The notes under the pieces are model-generated. The model ran no database searches, was not told where the DNA came from, and saw only the letters and a list, made by a program, of their open reading frames with translations. From positions 10,159 through 74,158 of the forward strand of contig JAKQPS010000018.1 of NCBI GenBank assembly GCA_029564595.1: a DNA stretch of 64,000 bases. The letters run 5' to 3'. Shown here piece by piece: positions 1 to 9,190 of this stretch. A program made the position numbers and the translations under genes. Each line of letters begins with the position of its first letter. Within the stretch, counting starts at the first letter, position 1. Origin of the DNA: a bacterium (GTDB taxonomy: Bacteria; UBP15; UBA6099).

Positions 1-1
1 C

Positions 2-1687
2 GGCTATGCCAAGAAGTTGAAACCGGAGTTCCTCAAGGCGAATCCACACCTCGTCATTGACACGAAGTTTTTTGATGAAGAGTTCAAAGACAAGATCCTG
101 ACAAGTATGGAGTCTATTGATTGTACCATGGATGGATTGTTAGTACATAGTGAAAACTTTCATGCATTAAACCTCATGATAAAAAAATACAAAGATAGCA
201 TAAGTTGCACATATATTGATCCTCCATTCAACCTTCAGCAGAACGCCGATTTTCTTTACAAGACAGACTATAAGGATTCCACATGGGCTTCGTTTTTGTT
301 TGATAGAATAATGATAGGTAAAATGTTATTAGCAGATGATGGGGTTTTTTATATAAGGTGCGATGACCATGGGAACTATTTGGTAAGAATGATTGGTGAT
401 ATGATATTCGGAACCGATCAGTTCCAATATGAGTTGTCCGTTCAAAGGATAAGGAAAAATGTAACCAATCAAGGCAAGATTTCTATGCCATTGGCAAATG
501 ATTCACTCTTTCTATACTATAAGACCGAAAAAGGCACACTTATTGACCCGTTTTTAAAACTCTCGTCGAAGCGCGAAAGCTACTGGCGTCGTATCGATGA
601 TTCTGCTGGTTATAGGAACCCACCCGAAAGAACTATATTTGGACAGGTGTTTACTCCATACAAACATGACGCACATTTCAAGTTCTCGCAAACAACCATG
701 GACAAGATGATTCTCGATAGAAGGATTAGATTGCGTTGCAACTCATGTGGAAATGAACATTATGAAGGTACGTGGACTCATTGCTCAAAATGTAATAAGA
801 AAGAAGCAACACCACAGTATCTCGTCGAAGAGACAGACCAGAAAGTATTAGATACAAACTGGATGGACATATCGGGTTACTCCAGTTCATGGGGGTTTTC
901 CACTGAGAACTCAGAGACATTACTTGAGCGATCTCTTAAGGTTGGTTCACGAAGTGGTGAGATCGTGATGGACTTTTTCGCTGGGAGTGGAACAACTTTA
1001 GCTGTTGCTCAGAAAATGAGAAGAAAATGGATAGGGATAGAAATGGGAGTTCATTTTGACACCATCACCATGAGACGATTGAAGACGGTTTTGCATGATG
1101 GGAAATCTGGAGCTTTCAAATACATCCGTCTGGAATCATACGAGGACGCGGTAAACAACCTCGAACTGAAACGGACGGAAGCGCAGACGAGCCTGCTCGA
1201 CGGCAATGCGGCTCTGCGCGAGGACTATACGCTTCGCTACATGCTGGATGTTGAAAGCGGCGGCAGCGCGTCGTTGCTGAACATCGGGAAGTTCGACGAT
1301 CCCTTCAACTACACCATGAATATCTCCACGGGCACGGCGGGCGAGAGCAAGCCCGCGGCCGTGGACCTCGTGGAGACTTTCAACTATCTCATCGGCCTGC
1401 GCGTGGAGCACATTGACCACATCCGGGGCTTCCGCGTGATACAGGGCCGGAATCCATCGGGAGAAAAGGTTCTGGCGATCTGGCGCAACACGCGGGAAAA
1501 GTCCAGCGAGGACCTCGACGCGTTCTTTCAGGCGCAGAACTACAACACCCGCGATTACGAGTTCGACATCATCTATGTGAACGGCGACAACAACCTCGAA
1601 AACCTGCGGCGCGAGGACGAGACCTGGAAGGTCCGCCTCATCGAGGAAGAGTTCCACCGCCTGATGTTCGATGTAAAGGACGTGTGA
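2..1687 (+). CDS. mod: Type III restriction-modification DNA methyltransferase (Mod subunit), 5'-truncated by window edge
   Basis: Catalytic YIDPPFN motif precedes SAM-binding DFFAGSGTT (beta-class order); directly upstream of a Res helicase-nuclease; frame is open to the window start. Confidence 0.92.
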   Translation, partial: GYAKKLKPEFLKANPHLVIDTKFFDEEFKDKILTSMESIDCTMDGLLVHSENFHALNLMIKKYKDSISCTYIDPPFNLQQNADFLYKTDYKDSTWASFLFDRIMIGKMLLADDGVFYIRCDDHGNYLVRMIGDMIFGTDQFQYELSVQRIRKNVTNQGKISMPLANDSLFLYYKTEKGTLIDPFLKLSSKRESYWRRIDDSAGYRNPPERTIFGQVFTPYKHDAHFKFSQTTMDKMILDRRIRLRCNSCGNEHYEGTWTHCSKCNKKEATPQYLVEETDQKVLDTNWMDISGYSSSWGFSTENSETLLERSLKVGSRSGEIVMDFFAGSGTTLAVAQKMRRKWIGIEMGVHFDTITMRRLKTVLHDGKSGAFKYIRLESYEDAVNNLELKRTEAQTSLLDGNAALREDYTLRYMLDVESGGSASLLNIGKFDDPFNYTMNISTGTAGESKPAAVDLVETFNYLIGLRVEHIDHIRGFRVIQGRNPSGEKVLAIWRNTREKSSEDLDAFFQAQNYNTRDYEFDIIYVNGDNNLENLRREDETWKVRLIEEEFHRLMFDVKDV

Positions 1688-1697
1688 GGGCACAGCC

Positions 1698-4600
1698 ATG
1701 GCGAGAACAACTACCAGACGAGCAAGACGCGCGGAGCCGCGGCTGAAGTTCGACCAGAAGCTGGTGCTCAACCAGTGGATGCTGCGCCTGTTCGAGGTCG
1801 AGCGTTTCGACCAGATCGCAACAGACGCATTCAAGAACCCGGCTCTCGAAGGCTGGGACGAAGATAACGTGACCCGGTTTTACCACGAACTCACCGCCCA
1901 GCTTTTCGACCGGCCCCGCCTGCCAAAGGACGACCTGCTGCGCTATGACGGCAATATTGTGCGGCACTGGAAGGCTATCACCGATCGGCGAACCCACGAC
2001 GGCCGCCGCCTTTACATGAAATATTTCCAGTACCTTGCCCTGCTGTTCACGGAAATATATCTGGACCGCTATTTCCGCGACGCCGAGGGGCTGCTGAACG
2101 AGTTGAACGCTTATGTGGAAATATTCAACGCGGACAAGCTCGAAGCCGACCGCGTGGAGCCGTTCCCGCCGGATTCATTGAACAAGCTGGCGTTCTGGAT
2201 GGCCACGGGCAGCGGCAAGACGCTGATCATGCATGTAAATATCAAACAGTATCTGCACTACATGGCGCAGGCAGGCATGGAGCGCGACCTGAACCGGGTC
2301 ATACTGCTGACACCCAACGAGGGGCTGTCCAAACAGCACCTCGACGAGTTCCTGCTGTCCGGCGTGGAAGCGGAAATATTTTCCAAGGAGTCACGCGGCC
2401 TGTTCGCCGGGCGTTCCGTGGAGATCATCGAAGTCACGAAACTGCGCGACGACATGGGCGAGAAAACCGTGGCCATTGACGCATTCGAGGGAAACAATCT
2501 CGTGCTAGTGGACGAGGGGCACCGGGGCGCCAGCGGCATCGAATGGATGGACAAGCGCAACCGCCTGTGCGAAAACGGGTTCTCTTTCGAGTACTCCGCC
2601 ACATTCGGCCAGGCCATGAAAGCGGCGAACAAATCGGCCCTGACACAGGAGTACACCCGCTGCATCCTGTTCGATTACTCGTACAAGTTTTTCTACCGGG
2701 ACGGCTACGGCAAGGACTATCACATCCTGAACCTTGAAGACGACACGCAGGAGGATGTGCGGCAGTTGTACCTGACCGCATGCCTGCTGATGTTCTATCA
2801 GCAACTACGGCTGTATCACGACAGAAAAAATGAGTACCGGCGATTTCTCATCGAGCATCCGCTGTGGGTTTTCGTGGGCGGCACGGTCAACGCCGTGCGC
2901 ACCCAGGGCGGCAGGCAGGTGTCCGACGTGGTGGACATCCTGCTTTTTATCGCCGGGTTTGTGAAGGACCCGAGACAGGCCGTGGGCCGGATCGAAAGGC
3001 TCAAGACCGGCGTCGCCGGATTGCTCGACGGCCGGGGCCGCGAAGTTTTCGCCAATGCGTTTGCATATCTGATTCGCACCGGCCAGACGCCGGAGCAGAT
3101 TTTCGAAGATGTGCTCAAGACCGTGTTCAACGCGCCCGCGCCCGCCATGCTGCATGTCGAGAATCTGAAAGGCGCGGACGGCGAGATCGCGCTGAAGATA
3201 GGCGACACGAACGAGCCATTCGGGCTGATAAACGTCGGAGACGCGTCGAAGCTGTGCGGGCTTTGCGAAAATCACCCTTCGCAGATGGTGGTGACCGACA
3301 GGGAGTTCTCCGGTTCGCTTTTCCGGGAACTGGACAAGGCCGACACGACCGTGAATCTGCTCATCGGCTCGAAAAAGTTCACCGAGGGCTGGAACAGTTG
3401 GCGCGTCAGTACCATGGGACTCATGAACGTGGGCCGGTCGGAAGGCTCGGAGATCATCCAGCTTTTCGGGCGCGGCGTCCGCCTCAAAGGGCAGAACTTC
3501 TGCTTGAAACGAAGCAGCTACCTGCTGGAGGAGCGCGCGCCGGAGTTCATACGCACCATCGAAACGCTGAACATTTTCGGCATCCGCGCCGATTACATGC
3601 GCCAGTTCAAGGAGTACCTCGAAGACGAGGGCCTGCCGTCGAACGAGGACCGCATCGAGATTGTGCTGCCGGTTCTGAAGAATCTCGGGGAAGTGAAACT
3701 ACGCACCGTGCGTTTGAAGGAAGGTCTCGACTTCAAGAAGAACAGGCCATATCCGACACTCGACATGCCACCCGAACAGTTGGAGCGGTATCCCGTTGTG
3801 CTGGACTGGTATCCGAAGATTCAGTCCGAGCGCAGCCGGGGCATCCGGGCGGAGGCAGATATTGCGGAGAAGTACCAGGCGACGCTTTCACGCGAGCATC
3901 TCGCGTTCATGGACTTTGACGCCATCTACTTCGCGCTACAGCAGTACAAGAACGAGCGGACGTGGTTCAACTTTAACCTCACGAGAGAAACTGTCGTGCG
4001 CCTGCTGGCGACGCCCGACTGGTACACGCTGCTCATACCCCCGGAGGAAATGCAGTTTACCCGGTTCGACCGTGTGCGCCTGTGGCAGGAGATCGCCGTG
4101 GCCCTGCTGCAGAAGTATTGCGACAAGTATTACAAATATCGCAAGGCGGAGTTTGAACTGCCGAACCTTGAATACACGGAGTTGACGCCGGACGATCCAA
4201 ACTTTCTTGATGAGTACAGGATTCTCATAGACGAATCGCAGCAGTCCATCGTGGAGACGATAGGTCAGTTGAAGCAGGCCATTGAAGCCGGGAACCTGCG
4301 GGACGTTGCGCTGGACCGCTTCCGGGCGATCTTCTTTGGCCGTCACCTGTACGAACCGCTCATCTATTGCACGAGCGACCTCATTGATGTGAGGCCGGTT
4401 GCGCTGAATGAAGGTGAGCGGGATTTCGTGATGGATTTGCGGCAGTTATATGACCGGAACTCCGCGTTTTTTCAAGACAAGGAACTTTACCTGCTGAGAA
4501 ACCGGAGCAAAGGACGCGGCATCGGTTTCTTTGAGGCCGGCAACTTCCACCCGGATTTCATCCTGTGGTTGCTCGTCGGCGACCGGCAGTATGTTTCATT

Positions 4601-4874
4601 TATTGATCCGAAGGGTCTGCGAAACCTGCAGGGGCGCACCGACCCTAAGATTCAGTTCTACCAGACGGTGAAGGACCTTGAGCGACGTCTCGGAGACCCG
4701 CGCGTCACCCTGAACTCGTTTATAGTAAGCGTGACGCCGTACGGTCAGGTCCGATGGTGGGACGGAGGCATGTCCCCAGCCCAGTTCGACGCCTGCAACG
4801 TCCTGTTCCGCGAGCCGGACGGCTCCGGCGCATATCTCCAGCGGCTGCTGTCAAAGGCCATCGCGCCGGTTTAA
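1698..4874 (+). CDS. res: Type III restriction endonuclease (Res subunit), SF2 helicase-like ATPase plus C-terminal PD-(D/E)XK nuclease
   Basis: Walker A MATGSGKT, Walker B VDEGH, SAT motif, QLFGRGVR motif VI, C-terminal FHPDFI...FIDPKG; starts 10 bp after mod stop. Confidence 0.92.
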   Translation: MARTTTRRARRAEPRLKFDQKLVLNQWMLRLFEVERFDQIATDAFKNPALEGWDEDNVTRFYHELTAQLFDRPRLPKDDLLRYDGNIVRHWKAITDRRTHDGRRLYMKYFQYLALLFTEIYLDRYFRDAEGLLNELNAYVEIFNADKLEADRVEPFPPDSLNKLAFWMATGSGKTLIMHVNIKQYLHYMAQAGMERDLNRVILLTPNEGLSKQHLDEFLLSGVEAEIFSKESRGLFAGRSVEIIEVTKLRDDMGEKTVAIDAFEGNNLVLVDEGHRGASGIEWMDKRNRLCENGFSFEYSATFGQAMKAANKSALTQEYTRCILFDYSYKFFYRDGYGKDYHILNLEDDTQEDVRQLYLTACLLMFYQQLRLYHDRKNEYRRFLIEHPLWVFVGGTVNAVRTQGGRQVSDVVDILLFIAGFVKDPRQAVGRIERLKTGVAGLLDGRGREVFANAFAYLIRTGQTPEQIFEDVLKTVFNAPAPAMLHVENLKGADGEIALKIGDTNEPFGLINVGDASKLCGLCENHPSQMVVTDREFSGSLFRELDKADTTVNLLIGSKKFTEGWNSWRVSTMGLMNVGRSEGSEIIQLFGRGVRLKGQNFCLKRSSYLLEERAPEFIRTIETLNIFGIRADYMRQFKEYLEDEGLPSNEDRIEIVLPVLKNLGEVKLRTVRLKEGLDFKKNRPYPTLDMPPEQLERYPVVLDWYPKIQSERSRGIRAEADIAEKYQATLSREHLAFMDFDAIYFALQQYKNERTWFNFNLTRETVVRLLATPDWYTLLIPPEEMQFTRFDRVRLWQEIAVALLQKYCDKYYKYRKAEFELPNLEYTELTPDDPNFLDEYRILIDESQQSIVETIGQLKQAIEAGNLRDVALDRFRAIFFGRHLYEPLIYCTSDLIDVRPVALNEGERDFVMDLRQLYDRNSAFFQDKELYLLRNRSKGRGIGFFEAGNFHPDFILWLLVGDRQYVSFIDPKGLRNLQGRTDPKIQFYQTVKDLERRLGDPRVTLNSFIVSVTPYGQVRWWDGGMSPAQFDACNVLFREPDGSGAYLQRLLSKAIAPV
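4783..4829 (+). repeat. 47-bp direct repeat, copy 1 (inside res 3' end)
   Basis: AGTTCGACGCCTGCAACGTCCTGTTCCGCGAGCCGGACGGCTCCGGC; matches 6285-6331 with one mismatch. Confidence 0.95.
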
Positions 4875-5051
4875 TCTGTCAACCGCTCTATTTAGGGCAT
4901 TAAAGAAGCATGTTATTTTTTGAATGACCGGGACTGATATATCAATAAGATGCTCAGGATGATAATGGCGTGACTGTGGCCAAAGACAGACCTGTATAAG
5001 CTTCAATGAAATCGACACAACTCTTGCCGATCCGCTCCGGTGAATAGAGAC

Positions 5052-5990
5052 ATGACAGATATTCCTGAAACCATCCAAATCAATCCTTCCAAGAAACCAA
5101 CGCATGTCGCCTTTGCCGACGAGTCACATCATAACGTCGGACGATACCGCAGTATAGCGCTTGTGACGCTGCCGATGGGGCAACTCAGCTCATGCAACAT
5201 CGCCGCCGCAGGCATCCTGTGCGACTGCAAGTTGAGTGAGTTCAAGTTCAGCAATATATATGGGGCCAGCGACAGAAATGCCGTCATTAGGTTGCTTGAG
5301 TGCATAGTAGAAAAAGCACATCGTGGCAACCTTCGGATCGACATCCTAGTCTGGGACATTCAGGATAGCCGTCACATGATAATCGGCCGCGACGATACCG
5401 AGAACCTGAACCGGATGTACTACCATCTCTTGCGAACCACGATGAAGTACCGATGGCCGAACGATGCAATATGGAGAATATACCCAGACCATAACTCTGG
5501 AATCCGTTGGAATGATCTGACCGGGATACTTCAGCATGTAGGCCTTCAGCCGGAAAAAAGGCCGGACTTGTTTACACCCATTGTTTGGGGTCTCGATTTC
5601 ATCAGGGAGTTTGATGTGGAGCGCATAGTTCCTTGTCATTCGCACGATACGCCTTTAATACAGGTCTCTGATATATTCGCCGGGCTGGCCGTGTTTTCTC
5701 GGGTGAACTACAACACATACAAGACATGGGAATCAAGTCAGGGATCGCAGACATCACTATTGTTCAACGAGGATGAATGTGAGATGAGCTTCAGCAGGGC
5801 GGAGAAGGAACGGTGCCGGATTATACGGGACTTCAATCGCATGTGCAAAGACCGAAAGATGTACGTCAGTCTTGACACCCATTCTGGGTTGAAGACCATG
5901 AATCCCAGTTTCCCGATCAACTTCTGGTGGTACGAACCACAGCACCCGGATGATAAGGCGCCCGTGAAGCAACGGCAGATAGATTGGTAA
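5052..5990 (+). CDS. DUF3800-family protein (predicted RNase H-like fold)
   Basis: N-terminal FADES motif and later IQVSDIFAG (QxxD) motif typical of DUF3800; alternative GTG start at 5040. Confidence 0.72.
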   Translation: MTDIPETIQINPSKKPTHVAFADESHHNVGRYRSIALVTLPMGQLSSCNIAAAGILCDCKLSEFKFSNIYGASDRNAVIRLLECIVEKAHRGNLRIDILVWDIQDSRHMIIGRDDTENLNRMYYHLLRTTMKYRWPNDAIWRIYPDHNSGIRWNDLTGILQHVGLQPEKRPDLFTPIVWGLDFIREFDVERIVPCHSHDTPLIQVSDIFAGLAVFSRVNYNTYKTWESSQGSQTSLLFNEDECEMSFSRAEKERCRIIRDFNRMCKDRKMYVSLDTHSGLKTMNPSFPINFWWYEPQHPDDKAPVKQRQIDW

Positions 5991-6046
5991 TGGAAAAACA
6001 TAGAACGATTACCCTCGTTGCGTTCAGCCGCTGATATGGGAATCAT

Positions 6047-6284
6047 CTATAAGCTTCCGAAGCTCTGAATCGACCACGGAGGAGCACGCCTCGTGAGTTC
6101 GAACACTTGCTTCAGAAAAGCCGCCTCTTTCTTCTTCGGCGTACCATGCCCCATCAGGATCGTTGTTGCCGCATCTCGCACCTTGTTTCGGAAAGACTTA
6201 ACGGCTTCGATGATCTTTTCGTGGTGGACTGTGGTGTGATCTTCTGCCACAATGCTGATCTTCTTTGGCAGATATTCCCGGCCT
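6047..6284 (-). pseudogene. Possible 3' remnant of an unknown gene, cut at the 47-bp repeat
   Basis: The 97-aa minus-strand ORF looks protein-like only left of the repeat; its N-terminus is antisense res-derived sequence; no family recognised. Confidence 0.3.
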
Positions 6285-6331
6285 AGTTCGACGCCTGCAA
6301 TGTCCTGTTCCGCGAGCCGGACGGCTCCGGC
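6285..6331 (+). repeat. 47-bp direct repeat, copy 2 (duplicated res 3' segment)
   Basis: AGTTCGACGCCTGCAATGTCCTGTTCCGCGAGCCGGACGGCTCCGGC; 46/47 identical to 4783-4829. Confidence 0.95.
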
Positions 6332-6784
6332 TTCTATCATCAGCCAATGATTCGAAAGATACTAAAATAAACAATGATTACAGATATAACGTCGTCAAAA
6401 TAAACTCAGAACTTAGGTTCATTTGTATAGCAAGAGCGTCTGGATTATCTTGCTTCATGATCGACATCAAATGATATATTTTTCAGCGAAAAATGTTTTT
6501 TTCGTCCTTCAAGGAGAGGGAGACACCATTTTCGGGTTGAAAAACGACCCCAAAATAACCACAATCTATGATGTATGATGATTACTATATCGATTATTAA
6601 CAATATTTAAAGAAAAAGGCAGAATATGGTAGTAATACTAGACATAATGTCTAATAAACATTGTTAGTGTGTCATGGACTTTTCATTTTATATGTCGAGG
6701 TTGGTCGAATAACGAGATTGTCGTCAAGAAGGTCTGTCGTGGTCATATTAGGCCCAGATGCCTCGAATATTCGGCGCCGGCGTC

Positions 6785-6986
6785 GGTGCGTAGCGTGCGC
6801 GTTGAGGTCAGATTTGGTTCTGCGAGGACTAAACATCCTTCTGCCGACTTTATCAAGCCTCACGCGCCGCTTCCGTGCCACCCTCTGTACACATGGCCCG
6901 GCTCGGCTAAATGCCCGGTCATATCGGGGTAATATTTATGAAGGTCGACAGGAAGATTGTGGGGCAACTTTTTATAAGTTGGCCAC
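6785..6986 (+). ncRNA. Candidate structured RNA element in the RT upstream region
   Basis: Bulged stem AGCG-t-GCGCG-t-TGAGG (6792-6807) / CCTCA-CGCGC-CGCT (6858-6871) enclosing hairpin TTTGGTTC/GGACTAAA (6813-6833); further hairpin 6959-6986; G-U pairs favour the + strand. Confidence 0.35.
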
Positions 6987-7446
6987 TCGACGGCTCAAAA
7001 TCGAAAAAACATACTCCCTAAGCTTTTAGCAGCGCTGGGACACCTCATTTCGCCATTTTACGCCGTTTTACAGGATTTCCGGGTCCAACGTAACAACAAT
7101 CCTAGGAATCGCCTGTTTTTGATTGTTTTTCTTGTAAGGCATGAAAGATATCTTGCGTTAGTGCTCGTAACAGCGAGCTAATCTGGTATAATAACTTGTT
7201 TTAATCTATGATACATGATTAACAGCCATATACAGCTTTGTGTTCGTCGCCTTAAGAGGTTTTTGGATACAAAATGCTTTGGCCGCATGACTGCATAATC
7301 GCAGAAATATTTTGGAACTGAAAAACCAGATAAAAAATACGAGAAAACAGGAGTTTTTCGAGTCATGAAGGCCGAAGACCCTAGGACATCGCTACAACTA
7401 GCTTTAATCGTTATGTGATATGTTCCAAAACCCCCAAAATCGGCGG

Positions 7447-7474
7447 TTGACAAATCTCAGGATTTTATTATCAT
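7447..7474 (+). promoter_or_regulatory. Sigma70-type promoter for the RT leader/ncRNA
   Basis: Perfect -35 TTGACA (7447-7452), 16-bp spacer, -10 TATCAT (7469-7474). Confidence 0.65.
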
Positions 7475-7480
7475 CAGAGC

Positions 7481-7800
7481 GAGGTGTTTTTTTTTAGAGG
7501 TGATCCTATCCGCACGGGCGCCAAAACCATCGCCCGACAGAACCGGCCGAGACACAAACCCTCGGGCAGATGAACACTGATAAGATGTATTATCAGGGTT
7601 TCCGGGCGTGGTGAGGATTGCATCTGTATATAGAGTGTGCGAGATAGGATGAGTGAAGATGGTCGCTCGTGTGGCTCACCTCATTCGTGAAGGCCCAGCG
7701 GGACCCTGAAGCAGCTTAGAAGAAAAAGGCCTTTCACTCATTCGGACTCGCACACTCGCTCCCAAACCTACGGAACGATCTGCCTTCCGTTTATTTTTTT
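7481..7800 (+). ncRNA. Candidate ~320-nt structured RT-associated non-coding RNA
   Basis: Perfect stems 7515-7520/7531-7536, 7547-7551/7561-7565, 7577-7583/7590-7596, 7633-7643/7747-7757 (11 bp) and 7649-7657/7733-7741 (9 bp); lies between a promoter and a terminator-like hairpin; no ORF in the track. Confidence 0.65.
7770..7800 (+). terminator. Intrinsic terminator-like hairpin directly before the RT start codon
   Basis: ACGGAA (7770-7775)/TTCCGT (7785-7790) followed by TTATTTTTTT, then ATG at 7801. Confidence 0.55.
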
Positions 7801-9015
7801 ATGATACAACAGATAGCTTCCTCAGAGAATATTCAAGAAGCCTTTGCTCATGTTAAGAATAGAGCGCGCGATGTCGATCAAGGAGCTGGTGTAGATAACA
7901 TAACCGTCGCGATGTTCGCTAAGCGATACACACTTTACGCAACGCAGATTCAGCGCGATCTTTTGTCCATGGCATATGAACCTAGTCCCGTTAGGCAGTT
8001 CCCAGTGGACAAGGCAACAGGCCTGCCTGTTCGGATTCCAATAATCGAAGCAAGCGAGCGTGACGATTGCCGCATTTTGGGGATTCCAACAGTTTTTGAT
8101 CGTGTAGTCAGTACAGCTATTCTATCGATAATCGAACCGATATTCGAGGTATTGTTTGAGGACTCCGTCCACGGATTCCGACCAACTCGGGGCCAGATCA
8201 CAGCACTTAATCGGATTTGCTCATTTTTAAAACAAGGAATCATCAATATATTCGAGACAGATATTGAAAGTTGCTTCCCAAGAATTCAGCATAGACTTCT
8301 ACTCGAAAAAGTCTCTGCGACGACCTCAGACCCGGACTTAATCGAGCTGATCAGACGCATTATCAGAGCGCCTATTGATACTTGTCCAAACGAACCGAAC
8401 ATATGCGGTCTCCATCAAGGCGGGAACATATCGCCGTTCCTATGCAATGTTTATCTGACCGATTATGACCGAACAATGGCTGCAGCCGGTTTGAAAAATA
8501 TCAGATATGCCGATGACATCATTTGTTTTTGTCATACGAAAGAGGAAGCGAAACAGGCAGAAGCGTTGTCTGAAAAGACGCTAGCGCCATTGGGCATGAA
8601 TCATAAAGCAAAAAAGACAAACCAAGTTTCAGCCTACGAAGGATTCGTCTTTCTCGGCTATGACATCAAGCTCATTGACGATGTAACAATAATGATAAAA
8701 GCCTCTGAAAAAGCTATAGTTAAACTGAACTTCAAAATCGACGAGGCACTCAAGGAATCCTCTTCTTCTAGCGCCCGAGATTGTGTCGAAGCTGTAAAAA
8801 ATGTTGTCTCAGGTTGGTTAGGACATTACGGCGCAATCAATGACTCCGGGCAGATTCGGGACATCAACGAGCAAATATCACTATCGATAAAACGCGGGAT
8901 GAGTCGATACAATTACAGTGCAGTAGAACGCGGAGATGTAGCCGTGCCGAATATAGCTAGAATGATAGCGGCGATTAAATATCGCAGAAAGCTCAGTAGC
9001 TTCCACCAAGAGTAA
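7801..9015 (+). CDS. Reverse transcriptase, group II intron-like (RT0-RT7 plus thumb/X domain, no endonuclease domain)
   Basis: GAGVD (RT0), RILGIPTVFDRVV, HGFRP, TDIESCF, GLHQGGNISP, RYADD, FVFLGY, thumb VSGWLGHY. Confidence 0.95.
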   Translation: MIQQIASSENIQEAFAHVKNRARDVDQGAGVDNITVAMFAKRYTLYATQIQRDLLSMAYEPSPVRQFPVDKATGLPVRIPIIEASERDDCRILGIPTVFDRVVSTAILSIIEPIFEVLFEDSVHGFRPTRGQITALNRICSFLKQGIINIFETDIESCFPRIQHRLLLEKVSATTSDPDLIELIRRIIRAPIDTCPNEPNICGLHQGGNISPFLCNVYLTDYDRTMAAAGLKNIRYADDIICFCHTKEEAKQAEALSEKTLAPLGMNHKAKKTNQVSAYEGFVFLGYDIKLIDDVTIMIKASEKAIVKLNFKIDEALKESSSSSARDCVEAVKNVVSGWLGHYGAINDSGQIRDINEQISLSIKRGMSRYNYSAVERGDVAVPNIARMIAAIKYRRKLSSFHQE

Positions 9016-9121
9016 ATATTTTTTGCTGATTAGAAGCAAGGAGAGTAATCCTGTTGGCAATGTTCTACAGGAGCGTCGTGTTCAAGGAACTTGCCGTAAA
9101 AATGCCTAGCAAACGTACAAG

Positions 9122-9145
9122 TGCTACCCCATTATGCTACCCCAT
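9122..9145 (+). repeat. Tandem 11-bp direct repeat, putative integrase arm-type sites
   Basis: TGCTACCCCAT at 9122-9132 and 9135-9145, ~45 bp inside the att core. Confidence 0.6.
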
Positions 9146-9190
9146 GATAATAATATATCCGTCATTAGTGATATATTTAGGTTTTACAAA

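Noticed and set aside
2-1687. Phase-variable mod (phasevarion)
   Set aside because: No simple-sequence repeat tract in the visible part; the 5' end lies outside the window.
2864-3919. Long alternative-frame and antisense ORFs (e.g. 351 aa here, 326 aa at 10885-11865, 324 aa at 37366-38340, 309 aa at 62011-62940)
   Set aside because: Shadow ORFs from GC-rich codon bias inside well-supported genes; no motifs.
6661-7453. Small ORFs (122, 87, 69, 91 aa) upstream of the RT as protein partners
   Set aside because: They overlap each other, have weak starts with no RBS and no recognisable motifs, and coincide with RNA-like stems; a small real gene cannot be excluded.
7481-9015. Classical retron (msr-msd)
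   Set aside because: The RT has RT0 and a maturase-like thumb and lacks the retron NAxxH and VTG signatures; no a1/a2 repeats enclosing the whole RNA were identified.
7801-9120. Intact mobile group II intron
   Set aside because: No DV/DVI-like sequence recognised at or after the ORF end (only weak hairpins at ~9035-9095); the nearest GTGCG (7637) is too close to the ATG to hold DI-III; the leader has its own promoter and terminator. A decayed intron is not fully excluded without an Infernal search.
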